From an uncultured virus (IMG/VR IMGVR_UViG_3300034116_001553) (lineage: Duplodnaviria; Heunggongvirae; Uroviricota; Caudoviricetes), in the IMG/VR virus record IMGVR_UViG_3300034116_001553: a stretch of 64,000 nucleotides of DNA, one strand, 5' to 3'. The notes beneath the pieces are model-generated. The model had not been told where the DNA came from. It did no database searches and saw nothing but the letters and a program-made list of their open reading frames with translations. Position numbers and translations under genes: made by a program. Position 1 is the stretch's first letter. Each line of letters opens with the position of its first letter. Below are positions 47,792 through 57,970 of the stretch, piece by piece.

Positions 47792-48554
47792 ACGTGGTTA
47801 TCTTATTCCGGCAATTGACACTGACTCTGTTGACTACTTGGGTTGTGCTGTACAACTTGCTAGATCTATTCGCCAGTGGCATCCAGATGCCAATATCTCT
47901 GTACTGTCAGTAAAACAATGCAGTGACCCTGTGTTCGATCATGTGATTCCGTTGCCACACGGTGACCTAGGAGGATATGCCAACGACTGGCAAGTATTTG
48001 CCGCTAGTCCTTATAGACAAACTATTAAACTAGAAGCAGACATGATTGCCACAAGTGCTGTGGACCACTGGTGGACATTGTTTGAACACCAAGATGTGGC
48101 AATCAGTCAAGGCTGTAGAGATTTTTACGGACAGATAAGTAAGTCAAGATATTACAGAAAAGTTTTTGATTCTAACAACTTGCCTGATGTTTACAATGCT
48201 ATAACTTACTGGCGTGTGAGTAAAACAGCCAAGGAATTTTTTGATTTAGTAAGGGCAATATTTTCTGACTGGGAGTCCTTTAAAAAATTATTAAAATTCC
48301 CCGACGATATCCCTACAACTGATTTAGTATATGCCATGGCTGCCAAAATAGTCGGCATTGAGAATTGTGTATTACCAACAAATTTTGGTCCTACAATTGT
48401 TCATATGAAGCGTTATATTATACCCACACATACCGGCAATTGGAGCAAAGAACTAGTCTGGGAAAATGCAGACCCTGGATTAAGGATACACACAATTACA
48501 CAAAGTGGATTCTTTCATTATCATATAAAAGATTGGGCCACAGCCAATGAATGA
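47775..48554 (+). CDS. GT-A fold glycosyltransferase-like protein (paralogue of previous)
   Basis: SPYRQTIKLEADM (ExD variant), YNAITYW, TDLVYA, HYH. Confidence 0.55.
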   Translation: MPILAERGYLIPAIDTDSVDYLGCAVQLARSIRQWHPDANISVLSVKQCSDPVFDHVIPLPHGDLGGYANDWQVFAASPYRQTIKLEADMIATSAVDHWWTLFEHQDVAISQGCRDFYGQISKSRYYRKVFDSNNLPDVYNAITYWRVSKTAKEFFDLVRAIFSDWESFKKLLKFPDDIPTTDLVYAMAAKIVGIENCVLPTNFGPTIVHMKRYIIPTHTGNWSKELVWENADPGLRIHTITQSGFFHYHIKDWATANE

Positions 48555-48894
48555 AACTACAGAAAATTTTTGGAAAGCATTCAACGAATGGGATCTACCG
48601 ACACCAAAACCAATATTTTATCGTTTATATCATGATGATGCAGGCTTTCCTTTATTTTATAGCATGGAGGATGTGCCAGGTAATTATATTGAAATCGACA
48701 GAGAAACATTTTCCTTGTTGCCAAGTAATGTTCGAGTAGTCGACAATAAATTAATCTATATAAAACACACTATCACTAATAAATTGGTGCCAGGAGACAC
48801 AGGAATACCCTGTGATCCTAGGGATATCTGTGTTGTTGTAGATAATTCTATACCTAATATAAAATGGAGTTTAAGAACTAATGAAACAAGTTGA
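48547..48894 (+). CDS. Hypothetical protein
   Basis: 115 aa, overlapping both neighbours in the operon. Confidence 0.6.
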   Translation: MNETTENFWKAFNEWDLPTPKPIFYRLYHDDAGFPLFYSMEDVPGNYIEIDRETFSLLPSNVRVVDNKLIYIKHTITNKLVPGDTGIPCDPRDICVVVDNSIPNIKWSLRTNETS

Positions 48895-49807
48895 TATTGC
48901 TGATCTTGATGTGATTTACCTCAGCTATGATGAACCACAGAAAGAAGAATTCTGGGTCAAGATTAAAAACATGGTTCCCTGGGCCAAACGTGTGGATGGT
49001 GTTAAAGGCTCAGATGCCGCACACAAAGCCGCTGGTGATGTCAGCGAAACAGAACGATTTATTTTAATCGACGGCGACAATTTGCCAGATTCGAAATTTT
49101 TTAATCTAACATTAGATTTTAAAGATGATGATAAACACAATTCAGTGTTTCGTTGGAGAGCACGTAATCATATCAACGGATTAATGTATGGTAATGGAGG
49201 ATTAAGTTCTTGGACTCGAGAGTTTGTGTGGAATATGAAAACTCATGAAAACACAGATGGACGAGATGAAAGTCTTGTTGAGTTTTGTTTTGAGCCTAAT
49301 TACTTTGCCATGTATGATTGTTACAGTACTACCTATCCAAACGGAACACCGTTCCAGGCCTGGCGAGCAGGATTTAGAGAAGGTGTCAAGATGTGCCTAG
49401 ACAAAGGTCATAAACCATCAGTGGCTGAATTTAGAGATCGTGTGCATAAACGTAATTTTGATCATCTTACAATTTGGCATAATGTAGGAACTGATGCTGA
49501 AAACGGTGCCTGGGCCATTGCCGGCAGCAGAATGGGCACTTACATGACCATGCTAACCGACTGGGATTATCGGCTAGTTCAAAATTTTGATGCGTTAGCA
49601 ACTTTGTGGGATACTGTCAAAGATCACACTCCAGAAATCGTGTTTGATAGAATTGCTGCCGATCTAAATCAACAACTGGATTTACCTGTCATTGTGTTGG
49701 GTCGAGAAGAAAGTGAATTTTTTAAACATCATTATCTGAGCAACTGGCACAACCGAGGTATAATGACACGCGAACTAGATGTAATAAGGGAACAAGAAGG
49801 ATGGTAA
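48881..49807 (+). CDS. Glycosyltransferase family 2-like protein
   Basis: DVIYLSYDEP, AHKAA, FILIDGDN (DxD), YGNGG, AWRAGFREGVK. Confidence 0.6.
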   Translation: MKQVDIADLDVIYLSYDEPQKEEFWVKIKNMVPWAKRVDGVKGSDAAHKAAGDVSETERFILIDGDNLPDSKFFNLTLDFKDDDKHNSVFRWRARNHINGLMYGNGGLSSWTREFVWNMKTHENTDGRDESLVEFCFEPNYFAMYDCYSTTYPNGTPFQAWRAGFREGVKMCLDKGHKPSVAEFRDRVHKRNFDHLTIWHNVGTDAENGAWAIAGSRMGTYMTMLTDWDYRLVQNFDALATLWDTVKDHTPEIVFDRIAADLNQQLDLPVIVLGREESEFFKHHYLSNWHNRGIMTRELDVIREQEGW

Positions 49808-50373
49808 CACGATTATACCTTGACGGATGTAGTTTGACCTACGGGCAAGGTCTTAAAAGACAAGATTCTTTAGGAAGCCTATTTAATACTCGCGGCGGGT
49901 ATCAAGTAATTGACAACTCAAGGCAAGGTAAAAGTAATATGTCTATTGCATTTGATGCTTATCAAAATTTTCAAAATGCCGATATATTTGTATTAGGTTT
50001 TACATATTCGTCTAGATTTGGATTAAAATATAACGATCAGAATTTAGATTTTTTTACAGGGTTTCACGGTAAAGGACTGGCTCTTGAGCCAGCAACACTT
50101 GATATTGCACACACTGAGATGTACAAATATTTTTATTCTGTTTTTGGTCCTCCGTATAGTGAAAATTTAAGTGACATGTTAATCGACACATCAATTAGTT
50201 TTTTAAATTCTTGTAACAAAAAAGTTCTTGGATTTTCCTGGGAAAACAGAAAAACGGTTCGCCAGTTAGAATATCCCATGATTGGTCCAAATGGTCGACT
50301 TGATGACGGACATCTAAATGTTAAAGGTACCGAGCAACTTTTTGATTTTTTACAAAATATTTTAAATGAATAA
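49801..50373 (+). CDS. SGNH/GDSL hydrolase-like protein
   Basis: Block I DGCSLTYG, block II GKSN, block V DDGHLN. Confidence 0.65.
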   Translation: MVTRLYLDGCSLTYGQGLKRQDSLGSLFNTRGGYQVIDNSRQGKSNMSIAFDAYQNFQNADIFVLGFTYSSRFGLKYNDQNLDFFTGFHGKGLALEPATLDIAHTEMYKYFYSVFGPPYSENLSDMLIDTSISFLNSCNKKVLGFSWENRKTVRQLEYPMIGPNGRLDDGHLNVKGTEQLFDFLQNILNE

Positions 50374-51781
50374 TAAAGTTGACACAAAATTAACAGACTT
50401 TAAATCTGAATTTTTAAGTTCTGCAGAAGATATGAAAACTGTGCTAGGACCTAGCTTGTGTTTGGCCAAGTGGAAACAAGTTAGCCTTCATCTGCCCACC
50501 GGAATGAACAACAGTTGTTATCATCCACCATTGCATAGAATACCCATAGAAGAAATTGGACATAATCCTGGAGCATTACACAATACTCCATATAAAAAAG
50601 AACAGCGTAAAATGATGCTCAACGGCGAGCGACCTTCGGAGTGTAGTTATTGCTGGACCATGGAGGATCTAGGAAAACTAAGTGATAGACACTATCGTAG
50701 CGGTGAACCTTGGGCCGCAATGGATTTTGAACAAATAAAAAACTCAACAGGCAATGAAGATGTTGTGCCTAGTTATGTCGAAGTTAATTTTAATCACGCT
50801 TGTAATCTATCTTGTAGCTATTGCAGTCCACAATTTAGTAGCACCTGGCAAGCAGAAGTACAACGCTCAGGCGGATATCCTACTAGTATTATCCATAATG
50901 ATCCTAGCCACTTCACTGGCCGCAATCGACCTATACCAGCTAGTCACGAGAACCCTTATGTGGAAGCGTTCTGGAAGTGGTGGCCTACATTATATCCTAA
51001 ACTAAAACATTTTCGCATGACTGGTGGCGAGCCTCTAATGGATAAAAATACCTACAAGGTATTTGACTATGTGCTAGCACTACCCAACCCTGAGTTGCAT
51101 TTAAATGTTACCAGTAACTTTAGCGTAGAACCGCAGTTATGGAACAAGTATTTTGATTATGTTAAACAGTTATGTAACACCAACATTGAACATTTTATGC
51201 AGTATGTTAGTTTGGATTCAGGCATACCAGAGCATGCTGAATACATTCGCCATGGCATGGATTTTTATCGTGTGCAAAGCCGTGTAAATCATTTCTTGTT
51301 GGACATTCCTAATCGTAATAGTTTGACATTTATTATTACCATGAACAATCTAAGTGTGTTAGGGTTAAAAACACAATTGGAATGGATATTAGAATTACGA
51401 AAACAACATAGCCATACCTATCAGCGTGTTTGGTTTGATACGCCTCTTCTTAGACAACCAACCTGGCAAAGTCTACAAATACTTCCACCAGCCTATGCAA
51501 GCATACTTGAACGAATTGCTGATTGGATGGAAATTAATTTAGAAACCCCTAGCAACCCATTTCACGGATTTAAAGACTACGAAGTACAACGCCTGCGCAG
51601 AGATATTGCCTGGATGAAAGATGGACAGAAGTTGCAACAAGGTTACGTTAATAAAAATCGTGCTGATTTTTATAGATTTTTTAACGAACACGACTCTCGA
51701 CGAGGAACAGATTTTTTAAAAACATTTCCTGAAATGTCAGATTGGTGGAAAGAATGTGAGTACCATGCTAGACAAACGTAA
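50366..51781 (+). CDS. Radical SAM enzyme with N-terminal Cys-rich auxiliary (SPASM/twitch-like) domain, copy 1
   Basis: CLAKW...SCYH...ECSYCW, then CNLSCSYC and TGGEP. Confidence 0.88.
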   Translation: MNNKVDTKLTDFKSEFLSSAEDMKTVLGPSLCLAKWKQVSLHLPTGMNNSCYHPPLHRIPIEEIGHNPGALHNTPYKKEQRKMMLNGERPSECSYCWTMEDLGKLSDRHYRSGEPWAAMDFEQIKNSTGNEDVVPSYVEVNFNHACNLSCSYCSPQFSSTWQAEVQRSGGYPTSIIHNDPSHFTGRNRPIPASHENPYVEAFWKWWPTLYPKLKHFRMTGGEPLMDKNTYKVFDYVLALPNPELHLNVTSNFSVEPQLWNKYFDYVKQLCNTNIEHFMQYVSLDSGIPEHAEYIRHGMDFYRVQSRVNHFLLDIPNRNSLTFIITMNNLSVLGLKTQLEWILELRKQHSHTYQRVWFDTPLLRQPTWQSLQILPPAYASILERIADWMEINLETPSNPFHGFKDYEVQRLRRDIAWMKDGQKLQQGYVNKNRADFYRFFNEHDSRRGTDFLKTFPEMSDWWKECEYHARQT

Positions 51782-52907
51782 ACTTATTCTAGATACATTT
51801 TGCGAAGTCTACGATCAACTACTACCCTGGGAAGATGAGTCTTTTTATGATTTTAGTAATCACACTATTGTTCCGGGTGCAATTTATATTATAGGTCGAA
51901 CACAATTTAATTTGAATAAAGAGAGAATTCGTGAGTTAGTTGAATCTGACACTATACGTGTTGTATTAAGCAATCCAGCTGAAGGTAGCGAAACGTTAAA
52001 AGCACATTGTGAGAGTGTGCATAACATTGCCGATCTTGTTGTGCAAGGGCGTATTTTATTAATCGGTGGCGGAGACATGGAGCCAGACTGGCCGTGTTTA
52101 GTCTATGATAGTTTCTTGCCCAAGATACATGACTATAAACAAAATCTAATAGAGATTAATCGGTCAGAGGCCTTGTACTCCACGCCCAACAAGCCTTTTA
52201 AATTTTTGTTTTTAAATGGCCGCTTGAGAGGACATAGAAAATTCCTAATAGAAAAACTTGATTTAATGGGACTGTTAGATCAAAGTCTGTGGACTAGTCT
52301 TGAATCAAGAAAAAGTATGTACTCAAATTTATCTGTGCCATTTAATGGGCAGGATCAGATGTTTACTTTGAGAGAACCACACCTGTTGCCATCCAAATAC
52401 GAAGTTGATCGTTATTGTAACAACATTGATCTAGTGCCCAAATTAGGCTTTATTAAACACAATCTGTTTGATCAAGAATGGGGAGAAATCTATCTCAAAG
52501 CAGAACCTTATATTGATACATATTTTAGTCTAGTTTCCGAAACAGTATGTGACTATCCGTATAGTTTTAGAACTGAAAAAATTTGGAAACCTGTGGCTAT
52601 TGGACACCCGTGGATAGCGGCAGCCAATCGAGGATACTATCGAGACATGCGCAATCTAGGATTTCAAACATTTTCACATGTGATTGATGAAAGTTTTGAT
52701 GAAATTGACAATACGCAGGATAGACTCACACGTATTACACAAATAGTTGAAGATTTGTGTAAGCAAGATCTTGATGAATTCCTCAAATCGTGTTATAATG
52801 TATGTAAATACAATCAACAACATCTGCTTGAAATGCGCCAAACTGTGCGTAAAGAATTTCCTAGACGATTCCTGCAATTTATTAAACAAAGTCACTTCGA
52901 TGAATGA
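51765..52907 (+). CDS. Hypothetical protein, possibly GT-B/fucosyltransferase-like C-terminus
   Basis: FLFLNGR.R.HR and FSLVSET...RTEKIWKP...GFQTF..VIDESFD. The TEK motif recalls GT10 enzymes. Start set at the ATG at 51765. Confidence 0.45.
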   Translation: MLDKRKLILDTFCEVYDQLLPWEDESFYDFSNHTIVPGAIYIIGRTQFNLNKERIRELVESDTIRVVLSNPAEGSETLKAHCESVHNIADLVVQGRILLIGGGDMEPDWPCLVYDSFLPKIHDYKQNLIEINRSEALYSTPNKPFKFLFLNGRLRGHRKFLIEKLDLMGLLDQSLWTSLESRKSMYSNLSVPFNGQDQMFTLREPHLLPSKYEVDRYCNNIDLVPKLGFIKHNLFDQEWGEIYLKAEPYIDTYFSLVSETVCDYPYSFRTEKIWKPVAIGHPWIAAANRGYYRDMRNLGFQTFSHVIDESFDEIDNTQDRLTRITQIVEDLCKQDLDEFLKSCYNVCKYNQQHLLEMRQTVRKEFPRRFLQFIKQSHFDE

Positions 52908-54231
52908 TTTAGAATTCCGACAACAAATATTAGATACCAAAAGTTCTAGTTTCTGTGCGGCCAAATGGTACAATGCTACTATATGGCTAGGATCAGGCCA
53001 AACAACTAGCTGTCATCATCCACCGGCACACGCTATTGATGTAGATGATATTAAACGCAACCCATCAGCGTTACATAACACACAGAGAAAAAAAGCCGAT
53101 AGAGAAATGATGCAGAAAGGTGAGCGTCCTAGCGGTTGTGAATACTGCTGGAAAATTGAAGACATTGGCCGAGATGCAATCAGTGACCGTGTATACAAAA
53201 GTAAAATTTACCCTATAGAGGACTTAAATCATGCTTTCCGCACTCCGGCCAGCAATGACATCAATCTTCGAACACTAGAGATTGCGTTTGATCGCACTTG
53301 CCAGTTTGCTTGTAGCTACTGTAATCCTGCTTTTAGTAGTACATGGGTTAAAGATATACGAAACAACGGCGCTTACCAGGGCTTGGTTAGCGATGGCAGG
53401 AATCATTTTACTCATGATCACGCTGCCTCCCAACTTTACAAGTTTGGAGAACAAAATCCTTATGTGGACGCATTCTTTGCTTGGTGGGAAAGCGACCTCC
53501 ACCAAACTCTTCAGGAGCTCAGAATAACCGGTGGTGAGCCATTGATGTCAGGTGAGACCTGGAAACTGATTGACTGGTTTAAAAACAATCCCGGGCGTAG
53601 CCACACACAATTGGCAATTAATTCAAATTTAGGTGCTGAAGTAGACATAGATCGTTTACTAGACAGTATTAAAGGCTTGCAAGTAGAAATATACACAAGC
53701 ATGGAAGCAGTGGGTACACAAGCAGAATACATTCGAGACGGTCTAGACTATCAAGCGTGGTGTGCTAATGTGCTGAAACTATTGGATGCTGGTATAGTGG
53801 TACATTGTATGTGTACTATTAATGCTTTGTGCCTGGATAGCCTTCCTAAACATTTAGACCAACTGATTGAATGGAAAAAAATCTACGGTCGTGACTATAT
53901 TAATTTTACACTGAATATCCTGCGATTCCCCAGTTTCCAAAGTGCATTGGTACTCGGTGAATCTTTAAGAAATCAATACAAACAAGATTTAATTGACTGG
54001 ATGGGTAAACACAAAGGTCACAGCTATTTGCACGAACACGAAATTAATCACACTCAGCGATTAATTGATTATCTAGACGTGGTAAAAACTCCGCACTCGG
54101 ATGCGTTTGACATGCCTAAATTGCTGAATGATTTTTACAAGTTTCATGCACAATATGATCAGCGCCGCGGTAAAGATTTTGCTCAGGCATTTCCTAATCT
54201 TAAAGAATGGTATGACTCAATACAAGTATAA
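52900..54231 (+). CDS. Radical SAM enzyme with N-terminal auxiliary domain, copy 2
   Basis: FCAAKW...SCHH...GCEYCW, CQFACSYC, TGGEP; likely start ATG 52900 (MNDLEF). Confidence 0.88.
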   Translation: MNDLEFRQQILDTKSSSFCAAKWYNATIWLGSGQTTSCHHPPAHAIDVDDIKRNPSALHNTQRKKADREMMQKGERPSGCEYCWKIEDIGRDAISDRVYKSKIYPIEDLNHAFRTPASNDINLRTLEIAFDRTCQFACSYCNPAFSSTWVKDIRNNGAYQGLVSDGRNHFTHDHAASQLYKFGEQNPYVDAFFAWWESDLHQTLQELRITGGEPLMSGETWKLIDWFKNNPGRSHTQLAINSNLGAEVDIDRLLDSIKGLQVEIYTSMEAVGTQAEYIRDGLDYQAWCANVLKLLDAGIVVHCMCTINALCLDSLPKHLDQLIEWKKIYGRDYINFTLNILRFPSFQSALVLGESLRNQYKQDLIDWMGKHKGHSYLHEHEINHTQRLIDYLDVVKTPHSDAFDMPKLLNDFYKFHAQYDQRRGKDFAQAFPNLKEWYDSIQV

Positions 54232-55477
54232 CAGTACAGACCTAGTGCGTTCTACAGAACTCACCGAGCGTGAGCGTTTTCTATTAGAAGATTCTAAAAC
54301 GTTCTGCATCTATCCCTGGATACATTTACACGCTTATCCCACCGGAGAAGCATATCCTTGCTGTCATGCTGAAATGAAGCCCGGTGTTGTGGGTAATTGT
54401 CGCACAAACACACTAGAAGAAATATGGCGCGACAAACCCATGCAGAAACTACGTGCAGACATGTTGAGCGAAACTCCACACGCCGCCTGCACACGCTGTT
54501 ATGAACAAGAAGAATCTGGATTCTTTAGTGGCCGCAAAAGCGCCAACAAGCATCACGGACATCAGATAAAGAAACTGGAAGAAAATCCCTTTGAAATGAC
54601 TTACTGGGACATTCGCTTTAGTAATTTGTGCAACTTAAAGTGCAGATCATGTGGACACATCTTTAGTTCACAGTGGTATCAAGACCAGGCCAAACTGGCC
54701 GGCGGTGATTGGAAAGATCGTAATAAAGTACTCAACTATGCCGGCCGCACCGAAACAGACATGTGGCAACAACTAGAGCCACACCTGGACTATGTGGAGC
54801 AGATTTACTTTGCTGGCGGCGAACCCTTGCTGATGGAAGAGCACTATAACATTCTTGACGAACTGGTCAAACGTGGCCGCTTTGATGTTAGACTGATATA
54901 CAACACCAACTTCACGCACACAGACCTTAAAGGTAATAGCGTATTTGAGTACTGGAAACAATTTAATTCGGTTGCAGTTGGCGCAAGTTTAGATGCAATG
55001 GGACCACGTGCGGAATACATACGCAAAGGCACTGATTGGGCAGTGGTAGAACAAAATCGCAGAGACATGATTGAAATCTGTCCAGGCGTGGATTTTTATA
55101 TCAGTCCTACATTAAGTATTATGAATGCCATGCATTTAACACAATTCCATCGTGCATGGGTACAACAAGGCCTACTAAAACCACAGGATCTTAATGTAAA
55201 CATTTTACAAGATCCTGTGCATTATAGAATTGATATTGCTCCTGCTAACTACAAAGAGAGACTCACAGCACAGTATTATGATCATATCGAATGGTTGACA
55301 CAAGTAGGAGATCCGTTGGGTCGTGCCACACAAGGTTTTAAAAGTGCAATCACCTTTATGAATGCCACGGATAACACACAGTTAATAGATCAATTTTGGC
55401 GTAAGACGCATGATCTGGACGGTATTAGAAACGAAAACATCTTGGATATCATCCCAGAATTAACGGCATTAAAATGA
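54212..55477 (+). CDS. Radical SAM enzyme with N-terminal twitch/SPASM-like domain, copy 3
   Basis: FCIYPW...GEAYPCC...ACTRCY, CNLKCRSC, AGGEP; likely start ATG 54212. Confidence 0.88.
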   Translation: MTQYKYNSTDLVRSTELTERERFLLEDSKTFCIYPWIHLHAYPTGEAYPCCHAEMKPGVVGNCRTNTLEEIWRDKPMQKLRADMLSETPHAACTRCYEQEESGFFSGRKSANKHHGHQIKKLEENPFEMTYWDIRFSNLCNLKCRSCGHIFSSQWYQDQAKLAGGDWKDRNKVLNYAGRTETDMWQQLEPHLDYVEQIYFAGGEPLLMEEHYNILDELVKRGRFDVRLIYNTNFTHTDLKGNSVFEYWKQFNSVAVGASLDAMGPRAEYIRKGTDWAVVEQNRRDMIEICPGVDFYISPTLSIMNAMHLTQFHRAWVQQGLLKPQDLNVNILQDPVHYRIDIAPANYKERLTAQYYDHIEWLTQVGDPLGRATQGFKSAITFMNATDNTQLIDQFWRKTHDLDGIRNENILDIIPELTALK

Positions 55478-56679
55478 AATTACCACAGGATAAATTTTGT
55501 GTACTGCCTTGGATCAGTTTAGAAGCTAGTCCCATCGGGACTGTACGTCCTTGCTGTCTTGCCGAAGATGAAATAATTGACAATGATGGCAATAAATTTG
55601 AATTGACCAAAGCCGACTTCGTTGAAATAAGAAATTCAGATTACATGAAAAATCTTAGACAGCAATTCCTGACAGGACAAAAACCTAATACCTGTAAGAA
55701 GTGTTGGAACGAAGAAGATTCAGGTAGAACAAGTAAACGAATGCACACTATTGATCGATTAAAACATATTGTTGGCAATCAGTCCTGGAGTGAAGATGAA
55801 AAACCAATGATGTTCTTGGATTTAAAACTAGGAAATATCTGTAATCTTAAATGCCGTATATGTGGTTCGTGGTCATCAAGTTCGTATGCAACAGAAGAAA
55901 TGATGGCTGTACCACACCAAGATCGTAAAAAAACATTTGCCTATCAGATGCTACGTGCTGGTAGTTGGCCAAGAGAAAATAAACAATTTTGGCAACAAAT
56001 TGATCAATGCCTATCTGACATACACTATATAGAATTCACCGGTGGCGAACCTTTTATGATCAGCGAACATTTTGATATGTTACAAGGAATTATAGACAGA
56101 GGAATTGCTGGACAAGTAGAGATACATTACAATACAAACGGAACCATAGTTCCTGAACGTGCGCCTGACATTTGGCGACACTTTAAAACAGTTGAAGTTG
56201 CATTTAGCATAGATGACGTAGGACCAAGATTTGAATACCAACGCATGAATGCTAGTTGGAAAGAAGTAAACGAAAACATTAACAAGTTTAAATTGTTACA
56301 ATCTACAATGCCTAACCTACAGTTACAATGTTGTAGTACTGTTAATGTTTTTAATGTGCTGTATCTTGAAGAGCTTGCGGCCTGGCACAAGTTGGCTAGT
56401 TTTGATTTTATCTATTGGAATATGTTGCACGAAGCATATTATTTTAGCATAGGATCATTGCCTGAACTGTCAAAACAATATGTCAAACAAAAATTGGAAA
56501 GTACAGCAACTCTAGGTAATACAAAACAGGAGTTTGAAAAAATTATTCAATTTATGATGCAAGGAACAAGTCTTGATGGTTCTTTACTACGTGAAAAAAT
56601 TAAAGAAATAGATCTACGAAGAAGCCAAGATTTAAATCAACATCATTCAGAGTTGGCTAAAACAATTGCTTATGAATAA
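55474..56679 (+). CDS. Radical SAM enzyme with N-terminal twitch/SPASM-like domain, copy 4
   Basis: FCVLPW...GTVRPCC...TCKKCW, CNLKCRIC, TGGEP. Confidence 0.88.
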   Translation: MKLPQDKFCVLPWISLEASPIGTVRPCCLAEDEIIDNDGNKFELTKADFVEIRNSDYMKNLRQQFLTGQKPNTCKKCWNEEDSGRTSKRMHTIDRLKHIVGNQSWSEDEKPMMFLDLKLGNICNLKCRICGSWSSSSYATEEMMAVPHQDRKKTFAYQMLRAGSWPRENKQFWQQIDQCLSDIHYIEFTGGEPFMISEHFDMLQGIIDRGIAGQVEIHYNTNGTIVPERAPDIWRHFKTVEVAFSIDDVGPRFEYQRMNASWKEVNENINKFKLLQSTMPNLQLQCCSTVNVFNVLYLEELAAWHKLASFDFIYWNMLHEAYYFSIGSLPELSKQYVKQKLESTATLGNTKQEFEKIIQFMMQGTSLDGSLLREKIKEIDLRRSQDLNQHHSELAKTIAYE

Positions 56680-57970
56680 ACCTGAATCTTTGTGTATGGC
56701 ACCCTGGGTGCATACCTATCTAAGTCCTCAAACCGAACGCAGAATGTGTTGTGCTAGCCGCGAACCTGCACAAAATTTTCAACAGTACATTGACACATCA
56801 GCAGGCACAGGAAAATATATTCCACTCACACTAGATCAACACTGGAATAGCGATCATATGAAAAGTGTTAGACAACGTATGATGGCAGGAGAAATTTTGC
56901 CCGAATGTGATGTTTGTAACAGTAAACTGTTAAATACTGATGTCTATCGAACATATTTCTGGCACCTATTCAAACATCGTTATGAAGAGGCCATGGAAAA
57001 AACACAGCCTAACGGATCTACAACTATGAAACCAATAAGTTGGGATTATAGATTTAGCAATCTTTGCAATTTCAAATGTCGCATGTGTGGGGATATGTTG
57101 TCTAGTAGTTGGGAAAGCGAAGAACGTCAACACAATCTTATTGACTATTCGGATCCAAGAAATAACTGGATGAAACCAGCAGTAAGAACAGAAATTAGTA
57201 AATTCCAGGACACGCAAATTGAAAAAGAATTTGCAGAAGCAGTAGAAGAACACAGAGTTGAAGAAGTCTATTGGGTAGGCGGTGAACCTCTAATGTATGA
57301 ACAACATTGGCGGTATATGAAACGTATTATTGAATTAAATGATGGAGGACAATTATATGCCAGGTATAACACCAATCTTAGTCGCGTTGATTTTCGGGGT
57401 ATTAATCTATATCGTGATATTTTATCTAATGTTCGCGATTGGCAAATCTGTGCCAGCCTCGACGGAACAGGAGCCACAGGAGAATACATCCGCACAGGGC
57501 TTGAATATTCCACCTTTCTAAAAAACTTTAAACAGGGAATTGAGATACAAAAACATCGCAGGCAAATGCGAATTGATTTTACTCTCACATTACCTGGACT
57601 ATTTGAAGTTGGTAATATACAGCAGTTATCAAATGAGCTTGGGGTTGATATATTAGCCAAGGTGATTTTTAGTTTTAGCCCGGACATCATTATGAGTCCA
57701 TTGGCATTGCCTCGTGAGTTATTAGACAGCACAGTAGATCGTCTAGTAACTAACTTACCTCCAGGTGCGTTGAAGGATGTGTTACTACAACTAAAATCAC
57801 GCCCAACTTTTGCAGAACAATGGCCCGACACCTGGGAAAAAGGTCTTGCAAGAGGAAAGTTCAGAATGTTACAATTGGAATCTATTAGAAATGATACATT
57901 TGGGCTAGACCAAATACTACAACAGGATAACAAAATATATGGCTGGTGGAAAAATATTAGAACAGATTAA
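56672..57970 (+). CDS. Radical SAM enzyme with N-terminal twitch/SPASM-like domain, copy 5
   Basis: LCMAPW...RMCC...ECDVCN, CNFKCRMC, VGGEP; likely start ATG 56672. Confidence 0.88.
   Translation: MNKPESLCMAPWVHTYLSPQTERRMCCASREPAQNFQQYIDTSAGTGKYIPLTLDQHWNSDHMKSVRQRMMAGEILPECDVCNSKLLNTDVYRTYFWHLFKHRYEEAMEKTQPNGSTTMKPISWDYRFSNLCNFKCRMCGDMLSSSWESEERQHNLIDYSDPRNNWMKPAVRTEISKFQDTQIEKEFAEAVEEHRVEEVYWVGGEPLMYEQHWRYMKRIIELNDGGQLYARYNTNLSRVDFRGINLYRDILSNVRDWQICASLDGTGATGEYIRTGLEYSTFLKNFKQGIEIQKHRRQMRIDFTLTLPGLFEVGNIQQLSNELGVDILAKVIFSFSPDIIMSPLALPRELLDSTVDRLVTNLPPGALKDVLLQLKSRPTFAEQWPDTWEKGLARGKFRMLQLESIRNDTFGLDQILQQDNKIYGWWKNIRTD

Noticed and set aside
52747..52899. N-terminal extensions given by the ORF track (also 14665..14700 and 54128..54211)
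   Set aside because: They overlap the upstream gene or a promoter; downstream starts fit paralogue alignments and short stop/start overlaps better.
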